Virus record (IMG/VR): IMGVR_UViG_3300042564_002211 | Strand: one strand, 5' to 3' | Origin: an uncultured virus (IMG/VR IMGVR_UViG_3300042564_002211) | Taxonomy: Duplodnaviria > Heunggongvirae > Uroviricota > Caudoviricetes | DNA length: 64,000 bases | Shown: in pieces, positions 57,900-64,000 of the stretch | Layout of the letters: each line of letters opens with the position of its first letter | How positions within the stretch are numbered: position 1 is the stretch's first letter | Position numbers and translations under genes: made by a program | The notes under the pieces: model-generated | What the model saw: the letters and a program-made list of their open reading frames with translations, nothing else | Databases searched by the model: none | What the model was told of the DNA's origin: nothing

Positions 57900-58243
57900 A
57901 TACGTTGATATTGGAAGACATCGACGAAACCAGCACCGGAGCGAAACCAAGCGTTGCTGTTGTCAGCGTAAAAACAAGCTACTACAGCACCAAGCGAGGG
58001 TTCGCCACGACGAAGCGAATCGATTTCCTCAAACGCAAGAGCGACCGGGAGTGCGTCTACTCCATCAAAGAAGATGCATCCTTTTGCGGCACCGATGCAG
58101 TCATTGGTCGAATAATCAACCTGAATGATGTCAAGGATGGAATTTACCGAATGATCTTCATCAACGAACACCGCGACTGGGATTCTGGACACATTGAGGA
58201 CTGGGACTACAAGTTGGTTCCACATGAGGAGACCAAGCCGTGA
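57896..58243 (+). CDS. hypothetical protein
   Basis: GTGA-coupled; ends EETKP. Confidence 0.65.
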   Translation: MNTLILEDIDETSTGAKPSVAVVSVKTSYYSTKRGFATTKRIDFLKRKSDRECVYSIKEDASFCGTDAVIGRIINLNDVKDGIYRMIFINEHRDWDSGHIEDWDYKLVPHEETKP

Positions 58244-58479
58244 GCATTGAAGAGCGAATCATAAAAGTAGTTGAAGAGCCGCTTGGTCTATGGGCGGTGC
58301 AGCGCAACAAGCGCGAACTCCGCGCAATCGCTCTCGAAGTCAACAAGCTGGAGGACCGCATCAAGCGGCTGGAGGAGGTGGGGGATGCGATGGCTGCATG
58401 GCTGTTAGACCCAAGGAACTTGGGCGGCGGGTCGTCTATGGCTTCGCAATGGCGCAAATCCAAGGAGGCCAAGCCGTGA
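58240..58479 (+). CDS. hypothetical protein with KEAKP module
   Basis: GTGA-coupled; shared C-terminus. Confidence 0.65.
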   Translation: MSIEERIIKVVEEPLGLWAVQRNKRELRAIALEVNKLEDRIKRLEEVGDAMAAWLLDPRNLGGGSSMASQWRKSKEAKP

Positions 58480-58682
58480 GTGATACCGATTTCATTGCAT
58501 ACGAGAACCACAGATTGACCATTGCAAACGCGGAACTCCGAAAGGAGCGCGATGAACTGGAGCAGCACATCAAGCGGCTGGAGGCAGCGGGGGATGAAAT
58601 GTACAGATGGATAACTGTCAAACGATTATGTTCAATCGACTGCACCGAAGCATGGGACCAAGCCAAGGAGGCCAAGCCGTGA
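58476..58682 (+). CDS. hypothetical protein with KEAKP module
   Basis: GTGA-coupled; shared C-terminus. Confidence 0.65.
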   Translation: MSDTDFIAYENHRLTIANAELRKERDELEQHIKRLEAAGDEMYRWITVKRLCSIDCTEAWDQAKEAKP

Positions 58683-58879
58683 GACGCCTTCTGAAACGCA
58701 TCAGGCAATCCTGTCGATTCAACGACGTCCAAGCTGCCGCTGTGCTCCTAATGTCTGTTTCGATGGTTATTGGGTACGCCACAGGTTCACGAGAGTTCAA
58801 CCCGTGGGTCGCGCTTGCACTGCTCTGCTTATGGCCAGCAATGGCTTTCACCAGCAACTTCCTTGACCCGCTCCCATGA
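58679..58879 (+). CDS. small membrane protein
   Basis: Two hydrophobic stretches; GTGA start. Confidence 0.55.
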   Translation: MRRLLKRIRQSCRFNDVQAAAVLLMSVSMVIGYATGSREFNPWVALALLCLWPAMAFTSNFLDPLP

Positions 58880-59094
58880 CCTACGACGACCTGATCAAGG
58901 TGATGGATTTTGCGCCGTCACCACTGACCGCGAAGAAGACGCTTGCGGTCATAGATCGAGACCAGTCGCGCATCACCGGTTTCGTCCTGACTGGGAGGAA
59001 CGGGGAGACCACCATCGTGAACTCCTCTGCGGTCAGGTGGCTGTCAGGGAAGGAGATGTGGGAGTTGATGCACGGGAATGGAGGTGGGGCGTGA
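58876..59094 (+). CDS. hypothetical protein
   Basis: ATGA/GTGA coupling. Confidence 0.6.
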   Translation: MTYDDLIKVMDFAPSPLTAKKTLAVIDRDQSRITGFVLTGRNGETTIVNSSAVRWLSGKEMWELMHGNGGGA

Positions 59095-59342
59095 GGCGGT
59101 ACGCCATCGAGCGGCTTCCGCACATGCCGCCGAGAAACGGACTCCTGATTCACACGCCCAAGTTTTCCGTGCTCGCTGACACCGCCCCGCTCACGATTGT
59201 GAAGGAGCTTAATAGGCTGCTGGATAGGAACAGGGCGCTGGAGGCCGCGATCCGCACAACGCTCGACGCCAACCGGCACCTTGCCGACGGCGACGACTGC
59301 ACACTGATTCAACTCAAGAAGGCGCTACCCGAGTGGGTTTAA
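59091..59342 (+). CDS. hypothetical protein
   Basis: GGAGGT plus GTG; NRHLADGDDCTL. Confidence 0.6.
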   Translation: MRRYAIERLPHMPPRNGLLIHTPKFSVLADTAPLTIVKELNRLLDRNRALEAAIRTTLDANRHLADGDDCTLIQLKKALPEWV

Positions 59343-59361
59343 CCAAGAAGGAGGACATCGA

Positions 59362-59904
59362 TTGAGCTACCATCAGTCAGGGCAACTGCCGCACCACCAA
59401 TACTGCTACGTTGACGCAGCAGCTATCAGCAGCGGTGAAGGGTTCATGCCATGCGTCTGGTTCGGACTTGTCTCGATACCGGGCCGAATGTGGGGCTGCA
59501 CGGTCATGCTGGAATGCGGGGCGGTCTACAGATCGATCCCGCCGCACCTGATGGCCTTCAACGAGAAGCCAGATGCGATCTGGACCCCGCAGCAAGCTCA
59601 GCGATGGGACTGCTACGGCAGAGAGTTCTCCACCATCGAGTACACCTACCTGCGCGGGGTCGAGTGCTCAGCGAAATGCGACGACCAGAAGCTGGACGGA
59701 GAGTACATCTTCACGGCAGCACCCATCGACGACGGGTTTTCGCGGCACCCATCACAGGCCAAGGAGTTCATGTTCATCAAGCTCTACAACGGGAGGTTGA
59801 CGATCCAGCCGACCGACAAGGTGCTCTTCATGGAGAAGTCGTTTGTGGAGCCCCAGTGGCCTACGGGGCTCAAACTCTCGAACGAAGTGTGGTCTTGCGA
59901 GTGA
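59362..59904 (+). CDS. conserved hypothetical phage protein
   Basis: AGGAGG plus TTG start; WFGL.S.PGR, GAVYR, QRWDCYG, L.NG.L..QP. Confidence 0.7.
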   Translation: MSYHQSGQLPHHQYCYVDAAAISSGEGFMPCVWFGLVSIPGRMWGCTVMLECGAVYRSIPPHLMAFNEKPDAIWTPQQAQRWDCYGREFSTIEYTYLRGVECSAKCDDQKLDGEYIFTAAPIDDGFSRHPSQAKEFMFIKLYNGRLTIQPTDKVLFMEKSFVEPQWPTGLKLSNEVWSCE

Positions 59905-59924
59905 CTCCTTGAGATTCTAGGTCC

Positions 59925-60077
59925 ATGGATTTCATCAAGAAAATCGTCCTTGAGCTCTGGTGCATGGCCTACGGCGTCGGCCTCTTCATCCTCGCGACGT
60001 GGCCGATCGCCCTCTCGCTGGGTGTATGCGTCCTGTTCGTTGCGATTCCCCGAAAAAAACGCAATCGGGCATCTTGA
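59925..60077 (+). CDS. 50-aa membrane peptide
   Basis: Translated by hand: long hydrophobic stretch then PRKKRNRAS. Confidence 0.45.
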   Translation: MDFIKKIVLELWCMAYGVGLFILATWPIALSLGVCVLFVAIPRKKRNRAS

Positions 60078-60103
60078 CTCGGGATATTAGGTGTATTACA
60101 CCT
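60074..60103 (+). promoter_or_regulatory. promoter/operator motif upstream of thyX
   Basis: TTGACT-N10-GGTGTA-T-TACACC, extending to AGGTGTATTACACCT. Confidence 0.8.
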
Positions 60104-60114
60104 GTTCCCGCTAC

Positions 60115-60861
60115 ATGAAAGTTTCCTCCGTATCCGTCACAAAGTCGATCGTCACCGACAACGGTCGCGAGCTCACCCCAGACGAGCTCATCGTCTACGA
60201 GGCTCGGGTCTCGAACCCGAATAACCAGCACAACCACGATACCGGGCCGAAGCTGCTGCACTTTTGCATGCGCGAGGGCCACTGGTCGGTGTTCGAGCAG
60301 GCCGATCTGACCGTCGAGATCGAGACCAGCATCTCCATCTCGATGCAGATCCTGCGCCACTGGAGCGCACGGTTCCAGCAGTTCAGTCAGCGGTACGCCG
60401 ACGTGCGTAAGCTGGAGACCATCATCGAGCCGATTCGGCTGCGTATGAAGGCGGCTGGCGGCAACCGGCAGGGCAGCGGTGAGGAGTTGGCCGAAGACCA
60501 TCCGATGCAGGTAGTCTACCGGAACGCGGTACACAGAGCGGTCGGCGTCTACACCGCACTCATCGATGGCGGTGTCGCGCCGGAGAGCGCCCGCTTCGTC
60601 CTGCCGCTGGCCACCAAGACTCGGATGTTCATGAAGGGTAGCGCGAGGACGTGGATTCACTACCTCGACCAGCGCACGTCGCCGCACGCCCAGAAGGAGC
60701 ACCGTGAGGTGGCCGAGGCGATCCGCGCTGAGTTCGCCAAGCATTTCCCGACGGTCCACGAGGCGATGGGCCTGCGGGTGAGCGAGGTCCAGTCGCTCAA
60801 GAACGAGATCGAACGCCTGAAGCTGGAACTGAACAACATGAAGAAAGAGAACGTATGCTGA
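60115..60861 (+). CDS. thyX: flavin-dependent thymidylate synthase
   Basis: EARVS, GHWSVFE, QILRHWSARFQQFSQRY, ARFVLP, AQKEHR. Confidence 0.93.
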   Translation: MKVSSVSVTKSIVTDNGRELTPDELIVYEARVSNPNNQHNHDTGPKLLHFCMREGHWSVFEQADLTVEIETSISISMQILRHWSARFQQFSQRYADVRKLETIIEPIRLRMKAAGGNRQGSGEELAEDHPMQVVYRNAVHRAVGVYTALIDGGVAPESARFVLPLATKTRMFMKGSARTWIHYLDQRTSPHAQKEHREVAEAIRAEFAKHFPTVHEAMGLRVSEVQSLKNEIERLKLELNNMKKENVC

Positions 60862-61097
60862 ACTTCGGACAAGCATTGGAATGGCTCAAGAAGGGCAAGG
60901 CCATCTACCGCTCAGGGTGGAACGGCAAGGGCATGTGGCTGCAGCTGCAGACGCCCGATGCCAACAGCAAGATGACGCTGCCCTACATCTACATCGAGTA
61001 CCCCAAGGGCCACCCGGCCTACCCCAACGGATCGCGTGTGCCGTGGCTGGCCCCGCAGACCGACATCCTCGCCAACGATTGGGCCTATAACGCCTGA
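60855..61097 (+). CDS. DUF2829 family protein (Tad2-like)
   Basis: FGQALEWLKKG..RSGWNGKGMW..PYIY..PWLAPQTDILANDW. Confidence 0.85.
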   Translation: MLNFGQALEWLKKGKAIYRSGWNGKGMWLQLQTPDANSKMTLPYIYIEYPKGHPAYPNGSRVPWLAPQTDILANDWAYNA

Positions 61098-61142
61098 CAC
61101 CATGATCCCGAAATTCGTTTCGGGATCATCCCCTTTCGCACC

Positions 61143-62123
61143 ATGAAATTCGCAATCGTCTATCATTCAGAGGACTTCGATGGAAAGCTCTCCAACGAGG
61201 TCTGCCGCTACTGGCTGAACCGCCTGCATCCCAACGCCAACATCCACTCCTACGGGTGGGACTATGGACGGCCTGTTCCGACTCCATTGCACAAGTGGTG
61301 GGATCCGAATGCGGGTGATCAATTCTCGAACGAATGGTCGCTGTACGACGCCATCTACATCGTGGACCTGTCGGTGGACGAGTTGATGGCTCGCACCGAT
61401 CTCGACGAGAAGATCATCTGGATCGACCACCACAAGAGCGCCATTGAGAAGTGGGACAATCCGTTGGTGGAGCGGCTAGTGATCATGGGCTACCGCATCG
61501 ACGGCGTGGCCGCATGCCGACTGTGCTGGCAGTGGTTCGTCAATTCGGCTGGCTATCTTGGTGTGCTGCCTTCCAAGCAGGACTTCATCGACCGCAATGT
61601 GCAGGAGCCCGCCTTGATCCGCCTTGCCGGAGAGTACGACATCTGGGACCACCGAAACCCGAATGGGAAGTTTCTACAGTTTGGTCTTCGATCGATTGAT
61701 GATGCTGAGTTTCGAGAGCTTTTAATGGCTCAGTTTTTGGGCTTAGACGACCATCATTTGGCAGCCGTGATCGAAACAGGTGTGTCCATCAAGTCCTACT
61801 GCGACAAAATGGCTGACGAGTACAGCGCGGCATACGCGCACACCATCAAGTGGGAGGGTCTGACCTTCTGCGCCCTGAACATCGGGCAGCGCGGCAACAG
61901 CGACCTGCTCAAGGGCGGCATCAAGCCGGAGCACGATGCCTGCTTCGCGTGGCGCTTCGACGGGAAGCAGGTGCTGGTGAGCCTCTACCACATAGAGGGG
62001 AAGACGCACCACGACCTGTCGCTGATCGCCGTGAAGTACGGTGGCGGTGGTCACAAGGGGGCGTGCGGGTTCCGTGTTCCGCTGGTTCAGCTGAACAACA
62101 TCTTGGCAGGAGGTGCCGTGTGA
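61143..62123 (+). CDS. DHH/DHHA1 phosphoesterase
   Basis: YHSEDFDG, IVDLS, WIDHH, GGGGHKGACG. Confidence 0.88.
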   Translation: MKFAIVYHSEDFDGKLSNEVCRYWLNRLHPNANIHSYGWDYGRPVPTPLHKWWDPNAGDQFSNEWSLYDAIYIVDLSVDELMARTDLDEKIIWIDHHKSAIEKWDNPLVERLVIMGYRIDGVAACRLCWQWFVNSAGYLGVLPSKQDFIDRNVQEPALIRLAGEYDIWDHRNPNGKFLQFGLRSIDDAEFRELLMAQFLGLDDHHLAAVIETGVSIKSYCDKMADEYSAAYAHTIKWEGLTFCALNIGQRGNSDLLKGGIKPEHDACFAWRFDGKQVLVSLYHIEGKTHHDLSLIAVKYGGGGHKGACGFRVPLVQLNNILAGGAV

Positions 62124-62440
62124 GCGAACTGACCACAGACAAGCTGACCGCACTCCTTCACCAGAAGGCGGACGCTGAGCTCAACCAGAAGCTGAGCTAT
62201 CTCGACAAGTGCTGGGAGAAAGACGATGCATTCAAGGTCTACACCAAGTCGGAGCACACGAACGGTGGGGGCGTCACGATTCGCAATGATACGTGGATTC
62301 CGGGTCTGATGATCACCGTTCGCAAGGCGGTCTTCGAGACGATGCGCGACAAGAACCGGGAGCGGTACGTCGCGGAGTGGCTGTACAAGGTAAACCAGAC
62401 GCTCGACGCGGTGAACAACCTGCATGGAGGTGAGCAGTGA
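62120..62440 (+). CDS. hypothetical protein
   Basis: GGAGGT/GTGA coupling. Confidence 0.6.
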   Translation: MSELTTDKLTALLHQKADAELNQKLSYLDKCWEKDDAFKVYTKSEHTNGGGVTIRNDTWIPGLMITVRKAVFETMRDKNRERYVAEWLYKVNQTLDAVNNLHGGEQ

Positions 62441-62703
62441 GCGAGACGCCTCCATCAATCAAGGACATGAGCGACAAGGCCAGCATGCTCCTGACTGGAC
62501 GGCAGTACGCGGCGATCCACCTCTGCGTGCCGGACAGCGGGGACCAGTGGCTGGATGACATGATCAAGAAGGCGCTCCGAGATAGGTTTGCGTCCGCTGC
62601 ACTGCAGGGGTCGCTGTCACATCCGGCATCGCACGGAACCTTATCACAAGAAGCTGAAAGTGCTTACGCATTTGCCGAAGAGATGATGAGGAGGGGAGCG
62701 TGA
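62437..62703 (+). CDS. hypothetical protein
   Basis: RQYAAIHLCVPDSG..WLDDMI, LRDRFA.AALQG. Confidence 0.65.
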   Translation: MSETPPSIKDMSDKASMLLTGRQYAAIHLCVPDSGDQWLDDMIKKALRDRFASAALQGSLSHPASHGTLSQEAESAYAFAEEMMRRGA

Positions 62704-62867
62704 ACGTCTTCGACAGCAAGCGAGTCAGCAAGGCCGTGCAGAGCGGCATCAACAGCAGCCCAATGACCAGACGCGATGCGGGTGAAGCCCACCGAGCCGC
62801 CAAGGCCTACAAGCTCAAGAACGACATCACCATCTACAACCGCAGACACAGAAAGAAGACCGTATGA
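62700..62867 (+). CDS. 55-aa basic protein
   Basis: Hand-translated; GTGA start overlap and ATGA stop overlap. Confidence 0.5.
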   Translation: MNVFDSKRVSKAVQSGINSSPMTRRDAGEAHRAAKAYKLKNDITIYNRRHRKKTV

Positions 62868-64000
62868 CAAGACGACAAGCCAACCTGATCAGCTACATGA
62901 TCCGCAGCCAAACCATATCATCGTTCCACGACGCCCGCCGAGAACTACTGGAAAGCTGCGAGGAGCAGAAGTCCGACGCCGCAGCGCCACAGCCGAGCGT
63001 GACTGTGACGGCAACCGCGAGCCAATCCGAGCCGGTGCAGCCCAGCACTCCGCAGCCAACTGGCTTCGACTACAAGAAGTCACTGCTGGAAGGTGAGAAA
63101 AGCACCACGCTCAGTATGTACATGGGTGCAGTTGAGAATGCGAATAAGCTGCAGGCCGAGGTCAAGTCTCTCAAGGAGGTGATCGGCTCTCAGGACGGGA
63201 AGATCGCCTCGCTGAAGGAGTCTGTTGAAAACAGAACCAAGACGATCGAGATGCTGAAAAACCAGATCGAGTTGCTGACGAAGCGGATCAAGGACGACAG
63301 AGAGCACTGGGATGGATGCCGCGAGCACAACAACGAACTGGTGGCGGCGAACGCCGAGATCTACCAGTCGCTGAGGCACTGGGGGCTTGAGCAGTCGGAA
63401 CCATGCAGCCTCGTCAACAACGTCAAGCATGTCATCCAGCTGTGCGCCGAGCGCGGGAAGAAGATCGAGGAACTCAACGGCAACGTGAAGGCGCTCCAGT
63501 TTAACATCAACGTGATCAATGAGTCGAACATCAGTGATCAGGGGGACCTGAGGAAGCGCATCGCCGAACTGGAAAAACACGCCGCATCGCGTCAGGTGAT
63601 CATCGACCAGCTGAATGCGGACCTCGCCTCAGCGAACACCGATATCGGGAATCAGGACAGGGAGCTCGCGGACCATGACGCGAAGTACCAGCGCCTGCAG
63701 CAGGTGTGCGACGATCTCCGACGCCGACGTGCGGAGGGCAGCGAGGAATCGCAGAAGCTGCTCAAGAAGATCGCGGATCTGGAGAAGGTCATCGACGTGC
63801 TGTCGAAGCAGCAGCCAAGCGGCGATCGTGGCACCCTGCGTGCAATCATCTCCCAACTGAAGAGCGAGAACGAGCTGCTGTGCGAGCGGATCAAGCACAG
63901 GCTCAACGAGAGCAAGACGCTGAGCGCCTCTATCCACAAGAGCCGCGAGCGGATCGAGGAACTGATGGAGACGGTCAACGGACACGCCGACGTAGTCGCG
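62864..64000 (+). CDS. long coiled-coil protein, 3'-truncated by the window edge
   Basis: Starts MTRRQANLISY; appears open to the window end; E/K/L/Q heptads. Confidence 0.7.
   Translation, partial: MTRRQANLISYMIRSQTISSFHDARRELLESCEEQKSDAAAPQPSVTVTATASQSEPVQPSTPQPTGFDYKKSLLEGEKSTTLSMYMGAVENANKLQAEVKSLKEVIGSQDGKIASLKESVENRTKTIEMLKNQIELLTKRIKDDREHWDGCREHNNELVAANAEIYQSLRHWGLEQSEPCSLVNNVKHVIQLCAERGKKIEELNGNVKALQFNINVINESNISDQGDLRKRIAELEKHAASRQVIIDQLNADLASANTDIGNQDRELADHDAKYQRLQQVCDDLRRRRAEGSEESQKLLKKIADLEKVIDVLSKQQPSGDRGTLRAIISQLKSENELLCERIKHRLNESKTLSASIHKSRERIEELMETVNGHADVVA

Larger units (their letters stand above)
57777..58682 (+). repeat. dispersed 3' gene module (three full copies, one junction-only copy)
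   Basis: CATCAAGCGGCTGGAGG...CCAAGGAGGCCAAGCCGTGA ending at 57899, 58479 and 58682; GAGGAGACCAAGCCGTGA ending at 58243. Confidence 0.9.

Noticed and set aside
57777..58682. CRISPR array or diversity-generating retroelement explanation for the repeats
   Set aside because: Repeats are coding and irregularly spaced, differences are not adenine-specific, and no cas or reverse transcriptase gene is visible.
61104..61127. GATCCCGAAA-TTCG-TTTCGGGATC hairpin as a special element
   Set aside because: Single perfect hairpin between genes; most simply a terminator or stabiliser.
1..64000. Stop-codon reassignment
   Set aside because: Conserved genes are full length in the standard code and TAA, TAG and TGA all terminate genes; no suppressor tRNA.

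Overview
The whole window is part of a tailed dsDNA bacteriophage genome with a podovirus-like virion module; no cellular housekeeping context is visible. Layout: (1) 1-8990, + strand early/accessory genes (amidoligase plus glutamine amidotransferase, GP88-like protein, an atypical tyrosine recombinase, SSB, a PD-(D/E)XK nuclease) and a cluster of one tRNA(CAT) with several tRNA-like structured RNAs; (2) 8878-43534, - strand morphogenesis block (portal, scaffold, major capsid, holin/spanin candidates, adaptor, glycosyltransferase, long modular tail fibres, tail tube/nozzle, ejection proteins including a 2924-aa giant); (3) 43604-64000, + strand terminase, then recombination/replication (Sak4-like ATPase, RecE-like exonuclease, RuvC-like resolvase, initiator, DnaB) and nucleotide/anti-defence accessory genes (dNMP kinase, MazG-like, RNA ligase, ThyX, DUF2829/Tad2-like, DHH). 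SSB and DnaB resemble Verrucomicrobiota proteins (from recall). The strongest unexplained signals are eight intergenic copies of a TTGACA-N10-GGTGTA-N-TACACC promoter/operator with a candidate ribbon-helix-helix regulator, a 156-nt CCA-ending tRNA-mimic RNA in an RNA array, a tandem run of small genes sharing a 3' junction module, an attenuator-like leader before the replication initiator, and a tyrosine recombinase lacking its first catalytic Arg. All calls were made by eye from motifs and synteny; no searches or folding programs were run.
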